In this document: piece by piece, positions 1 to 13,290 of the stretch
Numbering within the stretch: position 1 is the stretch's first letter
Layout: each line of letters starts with the position of its first letter
Source of the DNA: Scyliorhinus canicula
Lineage: Eukaryota
DNA: 64,000 nt
Assembly: GCF_902713615.1 (NCBI RefSeq)
Contig: NC_052150.1
Location: forward strand, 205,327,353-205,391,352
Direction: 5' to 3'
Program-made: the position numbers and the translations under genes
The notes under the pieces: model-generated
The model's input: only the letters and a program-made list of their open reading frames with translations
What the model was told of the DNA's origin: nothing
Database searches by the model: none

Positions 1-658
1 GATTAAGAAAGCGAATGCAATGTTGTCATTTATCTCAAGAGGGTTGGAATATAAAAGCAGCGATGTGCTACTGAGCCTTTATAAGGCTCTGGTTAGGCCC
101 CATTTGGAGTACTGTGTCCAGTTTTGGGCCCCACATCTCAGGAAGGACATACTGGCACTGGAGCGTGTCCAGCGGAGATTCACACGGATGATCCCTGGAA
201 TGGCGGGTCTAACATATGATGAACGGCTGAGGATCCTGGGATTGTATTCATTGGAGTTTAGAAGGTTAAGGGGAGATCTAATAGAAAGTTACAAGATAAT
301 ACATGGCTTAGAAAGGGTGGACGCAAAGAAACTGTTTCCGTTAGGCAAGGAGACGAGGACCCGTGGGCACAGCCTTAGAATTAGAGGGGGTAAATTCAGA
401 ACAGAAATGCGGAGACATTTCTTCAGCCAGAGAGTGGTGGGCCTGTGGAATTCATTGCCGCAGAGTGCAGTGGAGGCCGGGACGCTAAATGGCTTCAAGG
501 CAGAGATAGATAAATTCTTGATGTCGCGAGGAGTTAAGGGCTACGGGGAGAATGCTGGTAGGTGGAGTTGAAATGCCCATCAGCCATGATTGAATGGCGG
601 AGTGGACTCGATGGGCCGAATGGCCTTACTTCCACTCCTATGTCTTATGGTCTTATGG
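1..658 (+). mobile_element. CR1-clade (HER1-like) LINE, 3' end of ORF2 (RT C-terminus) and 3' tail
   Basis: ORF 20..571 has LYKALVRPHLEYCVQFWAP...LERVQRRFTRMIPG...RRLRGDLIE...FSQRVVGLWNSLP. It is followed by the tail GGGCCGAATGGCCT...TATGTCTTATGGTCTTATGG. Confidence 0.93.
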
Positions 659-1550
659 CAGGAAAGCAGCTGCAGTGAAGCTCTTTGTCAGCATTTACCC
701 CACCAGATTCTGATCCATGGTTAGTTGAACTTTAACTGTGGCCTACCTTGGTTAAAGGAATGGAGGATCAAGACTCATGGAGAGATTTACAGGTCCCAGT
801 TTTAAAGAAAAGAAGGGCAACAGTGCCCACACCGTAGCCACGATATAATCTATATTTTAACGTATGTTTCAGTTCCCCTTCTTTAAATACTTGAATGCAG
901 AAACCACAGTGAGTGGGTCGCAAATTGAAATTGCAAGAACTGTCAAAGAACCTTCCTCGAGCTACCGTTCCCACCAGCTGAGGGCAGATCGGTCTCAATT
1001 TCCCCAGCAGACATGGACCTGACCAGAAACAGGGCGGAGTGCAATTCTACACCCACGTTTACAGTGTATTCTGCTGAGGGCCAGGAATTAACTCTCTCCC
1101 CCCCACCCCCCCACAACCCTCTCCCACCCCCGCCACACTGCAGGGAAGCAAAATGAAAATGCTCAAATTCACAGAGCTTCTATGACCATCAAAGCTTACC
1201 AATGCCTGCTTCTGTACTCCGCGCACTCCTCCTCTCACCCTAATGGCCCATTTCTACCTTGCCAACATATCCTTCTCCCCCATTCCCCTTTATGTAGGCA
1301 TCAACTGTCCCTTAAAATCCATGGCTGGTCTTGGGGCACTGATTCTGGATTGCTGACCATGACAGTGGGTCAGGCCTGAGAGAAAGCAGCAGTGGGGCCA
1401 CAATGATTCCTTGTAGTCTCTCAGGTGGCCCAAAGGAGATCTTTTCTGATGGATTGGCTTTTTCGCTGGCGTGGGTATTGATACCAATGTGTCAGCCAAT
1501 GAATTGGGGGCAGGTCTCAATTTACCACATGGCAAACAGAAAATATGCAA

Positions 1551-1902
1551 AGCGGAACGGTGGCGCAGTGGTTATCACTGCTGCCTCACAGCGCCAGGCA
1601 CCTGAGTTCGATTCCGGCCTCAGGTGACTGTGTGGAGTTTTTACGTTCTCCTGGGTCTGCGTGGGTTTCCTCCGGATGCTCCAGTTTCCTCCCACAGTCC
1701 AAAGATGTGCGGGTTAGGTGGATTGGCCATGCTAAATTGCTGCTTAGTGTCCACAGATGTGCAGGTTAGGTGGGCTTGTGGCGATAGGATGGGGGAGTGG
1801 GCTTGAAGTGCGGGAAGGGGCTTAGATAGGATGCTTGTTCATAGGGTCAGTGCAGACTCAATGGGCCCAATGGCCTCCATCAGCACTGAAGGGATTCTGT
1901 GG
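1551..1902 (+). mobile_element. HE1-type tRNA-derived V-SINE
   Basis: A box TGGCGCAGTGG, B box GAGTTCGATTCC, V-domain GGGTTTCCTCCGGATGCTCCAGTTTCCTCCCACAGTCCAAAGATGTG, and CR1-like tail GGGCCCAATGGCCTCC. Confidence 0.9.
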
Positions 1903-2012
1903 ACTTCCATTCTTTGGATTTCCAAGCAAAGGCAACTTACAAAGGTATTAATATATGGAGCTTCCGGTGACTTCTCTTACATTGTTTTCCTTTGAATGTT
2001 CGGATGAGTCTA

Positions 2013-2340
2013 AGGGGGAGGCAGTGGCGTAGTGGTATTGTCGTTGGACTGGTCATCCAGAAACCCAGATTCATACTCTGGGAGCCCAGGTTCGAATCCT
2101 GCCATGGCAGATGGTGAAATTTGAATTCAATAGAAATCTGCAATTAAAAGTCTAATGATGACCATGAAACCATTGTCGATTGTCTTAAAAACCCATCTGG
2201 TTCACTAAAGTCCTTTAAGGAAGTCTGTCATCCTTATCTGGTGTGGCCTACATGTGAGACCAGATCCACAGCAATGTGGCTGAATCTGAAATGCCCACAA
2301 GGAAAGTTAACGATGCCCACATCGCGCAAGTGAATAAAAG
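2013..2340 (+). mobile_element. tRNA-derived SINE, second family (other copies ~5250-5445-, ~41170-41350+, ~51240-51450-, ~63190-63485-)
   Basis: A box TGGCGTAGTGG and B box GGTTCGAATCC. The body GATGACCATGAAACCATTGTCGATTG...CCCATCTGGTTCACTAA recurs elsewhere in the window. It ends GCCCACATC...GAATAAAA. Confidence 0.8.
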
Positions 2341-2659
2341 CAAAGGCTTTGACAAAATGACTCTTTTTTTGCAGCGGTATGTGCGTAAAATCAGCCCCAA
2401 GCACTTACAGCAGTGTGGTATCCAGTGTGACGGTCCAGAGGGACTATCCGAATATCTCCATTCTGGCTGCGAACGGTGGCGTTACTTTATGCAGTCAATG
2501 TTCTTCCTGGAGATATCTGCAGCAGCAGCTCACAGCAGTTGAGTCTGCTGCGCCTTACGCTAATGTAATGGGCAGCATTTCCAGGTTAGCACAGTGACAA
2601 GGATCTGCGCCTCAAGCTACCTTGTTATGCCAATCAATTGGGTCGTGGCTAAGCTGTTA

Positions 2660-3312
2660 GGGGCCGGTTTAGCTCAGTTGGCTGGGCAGCTGATTTATGA
2701 TGCACAACAAGGCCAGCAGCGCGGGTTCAATTCCTGTATTGGCTGAGGTTATTCATGAAGGCCCCGCCCTCTCAGCCTTGCTCCTTGCCCAAGTTGTGGG
2801 GACTCTCAGGTTAAATCACCACCCGTCAGCTCTCCCCCCCATCAAAGGGGAAAGCAGCCTATGGTCAGCGATGTGTTATGTACTCTGGGCTAACACAGGC
2901 TGCAACTGGATGCAGCTTTAAACAAGAGATACTCCAGACCTTGAAGTTAGTTCAATCTGATTTATTGAACTAGTCACACAGTTAGCACAGTTCTCTATGA
3001 GTTCGACTCTCTGCTAACCTAACTGTGGTTACTCTGTCTGACCGAACCAGACTAGCTCTTAGCCACGTGCTGGAGGTGTGATACTGTACATACACCCTGA
3101 CTCACTCTGTAGATGTTCATCAGTGGAAAGAGGCGGATTGTGAGTGCCTCGTGCCTTTTATAGTGAGATACCACCCCTCAGTGTCCTGCCTGCTCATTGG
3201 ATATGTCCTGTTCTTTGTGTTCATTAGCTGCCTATCTGTGCCTGTCTGTATGTCATTATCTGCATGTCTGCATATCATGACAGTCATCTGGGACTATGGC
3301 CACTTTACCTTT
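2660..3312 (+). mobile_element. tRNA-derived SINE (GGGCCGGTTTAGCTCAG head) split by a solo LTR
   Basis: Head with A/B boxes (TAGCTCAGTTGG, GGTTCAATTCC). The body stops at ...CCTATGGTCA (2867) and resumes at GTCATCTGGGACTATGGC (3283). The same 3' body occurs on the minus strand at ~23735-23855. Confidence 0.75.
2874..3282 (-). mobile_element. Solo LTR (Gypsy-like)
   Basis: Termini TGTTATG...CATGACA. AATAAA (~2961) and TATAAAA (~3156) lie on the minus strand in LTR order. GTCA is repeated at 2864-2867 and 3283-3286. Confidence 0.75.
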
Positions 3313-4419
3313 CAGCTAATCTGTCTCCCAGGGACACCCTGGGGCATGTGCCCAAAGCTACTGCATGCCTCATGGGGAGTGTGGCAGGATGACTTTATCT
3401 GTATCCTCCTCCCAAGCCCCATTTGAAATTCGGGCTGCATATGGTGCTCGAAGGCACCTTTAGGTCATGGGCCTCAATTCCTTGTGCCCCTTGTCTTGCT
3501 TCCAACCCTCAGGAATTTTCCGAGCCAAAATGTTTAATCCCATCACATTGAATCAAAATACTATCTCCCAGATCAGATTTGTAATTATTAAAGTTTCTCA
3601 AGTACGTGCTTGCATCGAGTGACGCAATTTGGAAATGCCACCTGCAGGTGTCGGCTTTGCTTTTTGCGAAACCTCTTCGGTTTCTTGTGCTGTGAACCTT
3701 ATTATGATCCATTAGGAGCTAATGAACGTTCTTTCTACAATCGCACAAGTAAAGCTTCCTTTTCTGTCACATACCATAAAGACTTCAATTTGGGAGATCA
3801 GAGGCAGCAGACACTGATCTTTTTGTTCTTCATTCATCCATCACTCTGTTTTGACTACTTCTGCTGGCTCTCAATGATGTGCTTGCAGAAGGCGGACACA
3901 GTCCTGTTAATATTTTGTCATCACAGAGGGAGCAACTGATTCCGTTGTGCATTTTCAAAGATAATTTTCGCTCTGACTGAACAGCGCGATTAAATTCCTT
4001 ACGAGGCTTTTTCTTGTATGGCAGGATTTAAAATGCTTCAGACTGAAGTGTTGAGACATACATTTCGATAATCTAAGGCGACCGAGATCTACTTTTTTGT
4101 GCGTGTGTGTGTGTGTGTGACTGGATCAGATTATACTATTTTAACATGCAGTGTTTGGATTCCTTTACAAACAGTTCTTAGCACGAGAGTGAGCGCACAG
4201 CTCCCAGGCAATAAGCTGCCGAAAAAGGAATGAAAATCTCTTTGATGTGATTCAATATCTGATTTTTCTGGAAACAGAATCGGTTGTGTAAACAAGATAT
4301 TAATCATTTACATTACCTGTTTTACAGCTGTCATTACTCCCTCATAACATAATTCTCTTGTTAGAAATTACTTCTCCACTTTATAGACCAAATATAACTA
4401 CTGTAAAGAAAGACATTCT

Positions 4420-4790
4420 GGTGACCTTCCTTTAACATCTCATAAAGGGGTTAAAAGGATTAAATTATGAGGACAGGTTGCATAGACATGGCTTGTATTT
4501 CCTGACGATTGAAGATTAAGAGATAATCTAATTGTGGTATTTGAAATGATTAGAGGATTTGAGGGGACGGGAACATAGGATCAGGAGGAGGCCATTCAAC
4601 CCCTCGAGCCTATTCCACCTGTCAGTGAGATCAAGACCGATCTTTATTTGAACTCCACTCACCCAGCTTGACTCCATATTCTTGGCTCGCGAGTACCTGT
4701 CGGTTTCAGGTTTTACATTATTGGCTGAGCTAGCTTTTTGTGGGAGGGCGTTCCACATTCCTCACCACCCATTTCATGAAGAACCCATAG
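4420..4790. mobile_element. Degenerate CR1 3'-end fragments in both orientations
   Basis: TTATGAGGACAGGTTGCATAGAC on + and MWNALPQK.../GAGGGGTTGAATGGCC-type tail on -. Confidence 0.65.
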
Positions 4791-4859
4791 AATCGTAGGA
4801 GGCAATTGTGTCCGTGCCAATCAGCTACTCAGCGTAATCCCGCCTTCCTACACTAGGCC

Positions 4860-5150
4860 TATTAAAAGGCCCGGAAAGGAGTCAACACTGAGCCAAGCAG
4901 GTTGAGTCAAAGGAAAAAGGTTTAATGCAACAGAACAAGAGTACAGAGCAGTTACTCAACTACAGGAGCCAGCTCACAGTTTATGGCCCTCCGATTTTAT
5001 ACAGGATGTAGAAGGGAGTGCCCCGCCCTTCAGTGAGGTGTGTGTATTCCCCATAGTCTTTGAAAATATCAATCTTCCCGTCTCATAATCCCATTCCCTG
5101 CTTAAGGTTTTATTGGTGTCCTGTGTCCTGCTTAACCCGAGGTTATGACA
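4860..5150 (-). mobile_element. Probable solo LTR
   Basis: Ends ...GGTTATGACA. Minus-strand TATAAAA (~4995) and ATTAAA (~4921). Flanks AGGCC / AGGTC resemble a 5-bp TSD with one mismatch. Confidence 0.5.
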
Positions 5151-5719
5151 AGGTCCATGCATTTGCAGGTATTCAAGGGCTTTTGGGGCAGAATTTAACG
5201 GTTTTCCCAAAGTGCCCTTTGGCAGGCGGAGTGACCCTAAAACTTCTAAGTTTCCAGGTAAGGATGGCAGATTTGGCATTAGCGAACCAGATGTTTTTTT
5301 ACAACAATCGACAATGGTTTCATGGTCATCATCAGACTGTTAATTGCAGATCTTTATTGAATTTAAATTTTGGCATCTGCAGTGGCGGGATTTGAACCCG
5401 GGGCCCCAGAGGTTTACTAGTCCAGTGGCAATACCACTGCGCCATATAAAAAAACACATGACAAAAAGTAACCCATGTGACTGTTAAATGTTTCTCCCAC
5501 CAGCATCATTACCCCAATTCATTTCCAAATATTTCACCTTCAAATCAAAGTCACCGATTTGAGTGTGTCACCATTTGAACCAGTCACCATTTGAATGCGT
5601 TTTCATGTGTGCGGTCTAATGGAGTTTCCAGTTTACAAGAATTTGTCTTTGCTAAAAAAAAGTCACCCTTTACAGACCTGCATAGGAAACACTGGAAATA
5701 AATTGGTGGCATCTTGGCA

Positions 5720-6123
5720 TTAGAACATAGAACATACAGTGCAGAAGGAGGCCATTTGGCCCATTGAGCTGCACCAATCCACTTAAGCCCTCACTTCCAC
5801 CCTATCCCCGTAACCCAATAAGCCCTCCTAAACATTTTGGTCACTAAGGGCAATTTATCATGGCCAATCCACCTAACCTGCACATCTTTGGACTGTGGAG
5901 CGCAGCATGGTGGCCTAGTGGTTAGCACAACCGCCTCACGGCGCTGAGGTCCCAGGTTCGATCCCGGCTCTGGGTCACTGTCCGTGTGGAGTTTGCACAT
6001 TCTCCCCGTGTCTGTGTGGGTTTCGCCCCCACAACCCAAAAATGTGCAGAGTAGGTGGATTGGCCACACTAAATTGCCCCTTAATTGGAAAAAATAATTG
6101 GGTAATCTAAATTTATATAAAAA
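5720..6123. mobile_element. 3' half of an HE1 SINE (-, 5720-5899) fused to a short A-tailed V-SINE variant (+, 5900-6123)
   Basis: AGAACATAGAACATACAGTGCAGAAGG...CTTTGGACTGTGG directly abuts GCAGCATGGTGGCCTAGTGG...GGTTCGATCCC...GCCCCTTAATTGGAAAAAA. Confidence 0.8.
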
Positions 6124-6559
6124 TTTGGGTGCTGCTCCAGGAGAGTTGAGAGATCAGGACACCATTTTTAAATGGTGTCCTGATCTCCTGCATATGGGGC
6201 GTGATCTACCTGAATTGGACGTGAGGGAAACACCTGGCTACAGTGTTGGCACCGTTTCTCCACAGCGCCAGGGTCCCAGCTTCAATTCCCACTTGGGTCA
6301 CTGTCTGAAATTGTGCCCCCTTCTTCTTGATTCCCCAGTGGGGGAAAGCAGGTCTCAGGGTCCATCCTTCATAGTCTTGAATGTTTCAATGAGATTAGCT
6401 ATCATTCTCCTGCACTCCATGGAATATATATCCAATTTAGTTCAGCCTGTCACCATAGGACAACTGTCTCAGCCCTGGGACCAGTCTAGTGGAATTTTTC
6501 TGTACTGCCTGCAGTGCAAGTATATCCTTCCTTAAATATGGAAACGCAAACTGAACACG

Positions 6560-9500
6560 GCGGGCGCAATTTTCCCAAAATCAGGCTAGGTGTCACTTTC
6601 GGCGTGAAAACCGGTGTGAATCCCACCACCGCGATTCAGAAAGCAACCGTTCTGTGTTTGAGGGAAAAAAATCCCCAAGTGAAAAAACGCTGCATCTGTG
6701 GCACAGGGAGCCTGATTCGCCCGCCCCGTGGGTCACCTGAGCAGTTTTATTGCTGCCAGACATCACCGCCATCTGACCCGGCAGGCGGACCACTCACAAT
6801 ATCCCCATTTGTCGCCCTGACGGAGAAGCTTGCTCACTACCACCGCGCAGAGGAGCGGCAGCATGACAGAGCTAAGGATCCTCACAGCTTCCAAGGAGAG
6901 ACACCAGGATGTTGCAGGGGAGGAACTGGAGCGTTCCTATGTGGAGAGAAAGGTGGGTATGAGAGAGGAAAATGAGGAACCTTTCTACCAGCTGTCCAAA
7001 CTCATGTGGGTTCTGCCTCTCCCAGACCTTTGCCCGAGCCATGGACTAATACCATGTTTGTCGCTTTGCAGGAAAATCACCCGAACAGCCTGGTTCATCC
7101 AGCACCAAGGATCCCGCGGCAAGCCTTGCCACCAGTTCAGAGGAGTTGTCAGAGGAGGACACTGATGATGTGTCACGGCTGTCACGCGCACCTTCCACCA
7201 GTGCAAACACACACACATCGGTGGCCGTCAGCACTACACTGTTGCTGATCCACATCAGGCAGAGGCAGGAAGGTCCCAGGGATTGGTCAGTCAAGGCCTG
7301 CTGGATCCCAGGAATTAGCTGTGCCGCAGCCAGGTGCCAAGCCTCTAGCATCGTTCGCCCCTCAGCTGCTTGAGATGTAAAGGCAGAGCTGGAAACCCCG
7401 ACACCCCGAGCTAGTGCACGGTCAGTTCCAGCCCCACATGCCCCCGAGTCCCAGCACAAGTGAATTAACCAATAATTTGATTGACGTTTGCACAATCTTA
7501 GTCTCCTTGACTGCTCAATAAGTTATAGCTACCAAATTTGAAAGTTGAACACAATAACTATTTAGTTATAACAGAAATAGAGATAAGACATGAAATAATT
7601 ATAATATAATAACAGCCATCCAGTCTCCCACCCTCTACCCAAACACACACAAGACAGACACACACACAGAAAGGGAAAGGGGTAAGTTTACAGGGATTAA
7701 AATCGAAAAAGAGAGATGAATGTCCTTGTTTCTGATATTGAAGTTGATGTAACCGGCTATTGTCCCAGGAGCGTTGAAATCATCTGTTGGACTGCGTACG
7801 AGGATCTTCTGGCTGGAACACTCAGTCCAAACTCCCAGTCTGTAGGATTTTCCTGGGGAGTCATGTTGACTTTTATTAACCCGGGCTTTCACTCAAAAGA
7901 ACAGCCTAAGGCCTGTGTAATTATTATTTGTTTCCAGCTCCACCAGAATGCCCAACAGCTTGTCAGAGATAAGCAGCGTTTCCCTTACAAGTGTTTAAAG
8001 ATATTTTAAACTATTGACCCAGCCTTCAGCCAGTGGCTTGTCTGGATCATCTTAAGATTTTCTTTGTCTCCCCTCACACCCAGACCTCAGCCTGAGTTTA
8101 ACCTTACTTGGATTCTGGATTCACCAGAATGTCCTCCAGTTTTCCTGAGGAGAAAATAGAGACTCCAATTGAGTATTTGAGAGAGATTTACCCCTTTGGG
8201 GAGAGAGTAATTCCAAAGAGCCCCCTTCAGCTTTGAGTTCAAAACAAAACTAAAAAACAGATGAAGCCTTCCTGACCTTGGCAGAACATTCCGGAACGGT
8301 CATCACCAATCAGCATAGTGCTTCGAAAGATTAGTCATGGCACAAATTAACTCCAGCCTCCCAGATTGCCTTGATCCACTACAGTTCGCCTACCACTGCA
8401 ACAGGTCCACAGCAGACGCCATCTCCATGGCCCTGCACTCTACCCTGGAACACCTAGATAACAAAGACACCTATGCCAGACACCTATTTATTGACTACAG
8501 CTCAGCCTTCAACATCATCATTCCTACACAACTCATCTCCAAACTCCGTGGCCTTGGCCTGGGCTCCTCCACTTTCTACAAATCTGTAAGGATAGGCAGC
8601 AACACCTCCTCCACGATCATCTTCAACACCGGTGTCCCACAAGGCTGTGTACTCAGCGCCCTACTATACTCCTTATACATGACTGTGTGGCCAAATTCCC
8701 CTCCAACTCGATTTTCAAATTTGCTGATGACACCACCGTAGTGGGTCGGATCTCAAACAATAACAAGACAGAGTACAGGAATGAGATAGCGAATCTGGTG
8801 AACTGGTGCGACAACAATAATCTCTCCCTCAATGTCAACAAAATGAAGGAGATTGTCATCGACTTCAGGAAGCGTACTGGGGAACATGCCCCTGTTTACA
8901 TCAATGGGAATGAACTAGAAAGGGTCGAGAGCTTCAAGTTTTTAGGTGTCCAGATCACCAACAACCTGTCTTGGTCCCCCCATGCCGACACTATAGTTAC
9001 GAAAGCCCACCAACGACTCGACTTTCTCAGAAGACTAAGGATATTTGGCATGTCAGCTACGACTCTCACCAGCTTCTACAGATACACCATAGAAAGCATT
9101 CTTTCTGGTTCTATCACAGTTTGGTATGGAGCCTGCTCTGCCCAAGACCGCAGGAAACTACAAAAGGTCGTGAATGTAGCCCAATCCATCACGCAAACCA
9201 GCCTCCCATCCATCGACTCTGTCTACAATTCCTGCTGCCTCGAAATGGCAGCCAGCATAATTAAGGACCCCACGCACCCCGGACACACTCTCTTCCACCT
9301 TCTTCCGTCAGGAAAGATACCAAAGTTTGAGGTCATGTACCAACCGATTCAAGAACAGCTTTTGAATGGACCTACCTCGTATTAAGTTGATCTTTTCTCT
9401 ACACCTTGCTATAACTGGAATATTATATTCTGCAGTCTCTCCTTCCTTCCCGATGTACGGTATGCATTGTTTGTACAGCATGCAAGAAACAATACTTTTC

Positions 9501-10990
9501 ACTGTATACTAATACATGTGACAATAATAAATCAAATCTAATCAAAAGCATAGATTATCAGCTAAGAACCCAGTAAATTAATCAGCTCATTGGCTGCCAG
9601 CCAAGTCCATTAAGATGTCATCACCGATTTCAGCACATTCTGCTGATTTCCTTTTTTTTAAATTAAAGGTGAAGTATGTCTTAAAGGCACAGGTGAATTT
9701 TTGTCCAAGTACAGTTGCACGTTGATGCCAGAGTCTCTGCTCCCCCATCGCTGTGATGAAGATCATTGCAAGCTCCACTGGCTCCATCTCAAAATCATCC
9801 ACGATCCTGCGAAGGAAAATATAGAGAGAGAGACTGATTTCTGTTCCAACGATTGATCATTACCATCCCCTGACCCATTGGCTGCCTTTACCTGTGAGTA
9901 GCCAGTCCAGGAACATTGCCTGCTGTGCTCCCATGCTCACCTATATCAATTCCCCTCCCATATCCAGAACAGGGCCGTTCCTTTAATTCGCCCTCCCCCA
10001 CTCTAACTCACAGCTGCCCATCAGTCAAGGGCTCCCTTCCCTTGCGCATGTAACCACTGGAGGAGCTGCTTTCATGTTTAATCATCGCATGTGGCCATGG
10101 ACATCTGAACGGCGATGTGTGGAAGGGGGTACACAAGGAATAATACACACAGGTGTTTGGGAAACCTGGGAAAATGCACGACCCTTGGACTTGGTTCCTG
10201 CATCACTAGATGCCAGCTCTGACACCAAAAGCTGAGTCTCAGCCTTGGATCTGACACTGTGGGGAGCTGATGGTGCTAAAGGTTAACTCCTGAGGACCAA
10301 TCAGTATAATGAGTATGAAGCTCAGTGCACTAACAGGACACAACTGGTTCCTACTTCAGGGAGAAGCAGTGCTAATAGGCACCCTGCTGACTCAGGCTAG
10401 AGACATAGGGAGCTCATTGCTGTCATTCTTCCATACTTTAGCTCACTGGATAGTTAATTCTCAGGTGCAGCCACCTCCCACCACCTCCGCACCAGGAGGG
10501 GACTCCAAGTAGCATCTCACCAGAAGGGGACTCCATGTGCCCCACACCCGCCCTGGGCTGCAATACCACCGAAAGTAGACTCCAATACCACCGAGAGCGG
10601 ACTTACTGCGTCAATGACTCCCGACCTCTTCATTTTCAACCCGCCCCTCCCCCAGCAGAGCTAACCAGTGGCCTCTCTCCCCTTGAACGCCCTGGTGTTC
10701 AGTCAGACGTTCAAGCTGACCTACTTCCTCTCAGAGGTCATGGTGCCAGATTCACTTTTGAAAGAGCAGTAGTAAATAGCAGATAGAAGTAGTGATCATT
10801 GAGGGCAGAAGAAGCAACATTAAGCCTCCTTAGGTACATTATAATGCAATCAAATTCATGCAAATTAGGGTTGCGCCTTTCCTGGGCATGAATCTGATTG
10901 CCTCACTCTAAGGGGGGGGGGGGGGGGGAGATAGATCACGTTCTGAAATCTCACTGCCGCAAATCCCGTTTTTACCCTCTTGCGAGATTT
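6560..10990. mobile_element. Highly decayed PIF/Harbinger transposon interrupted by an LTR-like segment and a Rex1 LINE
   Basis: Starts GGGCGCAATTTTCCC, like the Harbinger/MITE termini elsewhere in the window. Minus-strand N-terminal remnant MEPVELAMIFITA follows a TTTCCTTCGCAG acceptor (~9808). Segments resemble the Harbinger copies at 46.5-50.4 kb. Confidence 0.5.
8319..9546 (+). mobile_element. 5'-truncated Rex1/Babar-clade LINE (RT, frameshifted)
   Basis: [66 protein letters not shown]. Tail ...GTGACAATAATAAATCAAATCTAATCAAA. TSD AGCATAG at 8312-8318 and 9547-9553. Confidence 0.92.
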
Positions 10991-12481
10991 AGTGACCATT
11001 TGGTTTCATCAAATCCCTGTACGACTGGAGCAAGACATCTTTGTTCTTGTACTTCAATCCCCTTACATCAAAGGCCAACATGCTGGTTGCCTTCCTAATT
11101 GCTTGATGTACCTGCGTGCTAACTTTCTACCAATTTACAAATTTCACACCTTTGACATACCACAAAAATTGCCAGGTAAACGGTGCAGACAAGCAACTGG
11201 ATTTCCTGCGCTAAAGGTTCAAGAAAAGTGTGGCTTTTAGAGGTATCTGGCTTTCAGATTTACGGATAAAGGATGCTTGACCTCTACAACAAAATGATTC
11301 TGGATTCCTTGATCTTGCTCTTAATTCACTGTGATATTGTATTTACAAGGCTTTAATATCCCTTTAAATCAGCAACAGCAGTGAGGTTGATCTTGAAATG
11401 AGAAAGATCTGGCTCTTTGTCCAAACCCTAATATCCTTAATTAAATGAAGTGACTGATTGATGGCAACATCAAGCCTCTGGACAGATCCATGAGAAAGAT
11501 ATTAGTGCACAAATCAAAGTTAGAGTTGCTAATTTAATTTTTAATCAGAAAAAGGCCAAGGAAGCTCCAGCAACCTTAAATACAAGTAAGAGTGCAATGT
11601 TTCAAGTATATTTATTACGACAGTAAAACAAAATGAGGGACAGGGCTACACTACTTACAAATAAGTCTGCTTATTTTGACAGAAAGATTGCTTCATTTGC
11701 AGAATCTTTCTCCAAAGACTCTGCCGGCACTCAGTCACAGTTGAAGGCGCCTGGCACACGCAACGCTCTTTATTTAAATGCTATCTTCAGATACCGTACA
11801 GTCTGATAATCTAATATGACCTTCCACCCTTTATCCTGTGTGTCACATCTGAAACTACAGCTGTCCAATAAAGTTTGCGTCCGTTTATTTCCCACCCACC
11901 CCCACCATTTATTAAAATCTTCGCCCCATGCAGTTTCCTCTGATCTACAAATCTGAGCACGTCCTTCATATATCGTGGTGTGTTTCAGGCTACAATCACC
12001 AGCCTGACATTGCCATCTCTGTCACCAACACGCCAGGTCGCCCTTCTTAAAGGCAAATGGCTCAACAGCATGTGACTGCTGTCTGTCATTGCGCCGGATG
12101 ATTTACAGTAATAGCTCAGGAGAGCACTTGTCTTCTTCCGGGCTCAGAGCACCTCAGTGCCACAATTCCCGTCCGGCACGACACGAGGAGAAGTCCTCAC
12201 TTATCAACAACAACTTGCACGTCCACAGCACCACTCAGGTAGTGAAAGGTCACCAGGATCTTCACAGGAGGGAACAGGACCATTTAAAACTGGCGAGAGG
12301 AGGAATTCCTTCACCCAGAGCGTGGTAAATCTTTGGAATTCTACATCCCAGCCATTGAGCATGTTCAAAACAGAAATCGCCAGATATCTTGAGGTTGAGC
12401 AAGACTCTTTGCAGCCTTACCCTTGTATTTGACTCCAAGATGAACTCCTAACCGTGTATCGACACCAACATTTTTTCTCAT

Positions 12482-12683
12482 TATAAATTTTTTTTTCCAA
12501 TTAAGGGGCAATTTAGCGTGGCCAATCCACCTACCCTGCACATCTTTGGGTTGTGGGGGTGAACCCATGCAGACATGGGGAGAATGTGCAAACTCCACAT
12601 GGACAGTGAACCATGGCCTAGATTCAAACCCGGGTCCTCAGCGCCGCAGTCCCAGTGCTAACCACTGCGCCACATGCCGCCCC
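12482..12683 (-). mobile_element. Short A-tailed V-SINE variant
   Basis: Reverse complement of head GGCGGCATGTGGCGCAGTGG...GGGTTTGAATC and tail GCCCCTTAATTGGAAAAAAAA. Confidence 0.85.
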
Positions 12684-12819
12684 GACACCACCCTGTATCG
12701 GCCGTCTAATCCCATCTCCGTGGTGTTACAATACTCTGTCCTTGCCCCCAGCCCATCCATGCCTCTCTTACCTCGAGGCTCTGATTGTTGTATCGCACAC
12801 CTGGTTTGTCTTCCTCCAT

Positions 12820-13290
12820 AATCTTGAGGTCGTTGAAAATTCTGTTGCCCACGTCTTAAGTTACACCAAGTCCTGATCATCTGTCTACCCTGTGATTGAT
12901 AACTTACATTGCCCTAGTCCCAGTCAGGTAACACCTTGATTTTTATATTTTCATCCTAGTTTTCAAATTCATTCATGGTCTCAGCCCTCCCTTTCTCTGG
13001 AACCTCCTCCAGCCTGACAATTCTCTGAGATAGCTGCGATTCTCTCATTCTGACTTCTTGAACATCACTAATTTTAGTCACTCTGCTATTGGTGGTCGTG
13101 CCCACCAATGCCTGGGCTCTAAGCTCTGCAATCCTCTTCCTAAGCCTCTGCCTTGCTATCTCTCTTTCCTTTTTTGAGAAACTCTGTTTATCCAAGCTTT
13201 TTGCCTACTGCCCTAAGTTTTGACATACTGCTCCTGTAAAGTGCCTTTTATTATGTTCAAGATGCTATATAAATACAAGTTGTTGTTGCT
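12820..13290 (+). mobile_element. L2-like LINE 3' end (second copy ~43520-43830)
   Basis: Typical ...CCAAGCTTTT...GCTCCTGTAAAGTGCC...GCTATATAAATACAAGTTGTTGTTG ending. Confidence 0.65.

Noticed and set aside
1551-1625. tRNA genes suggested by A/B boxes (here and at many other SINE heads)
   Set aside because: Each continues into a SINE body and tail and does not form a complete cloverleaf.
6098-6975. 145- and 153-aa ORFs
   Set aside because: They are chance read-through of SINE, CR1 and Harbinger fragments.
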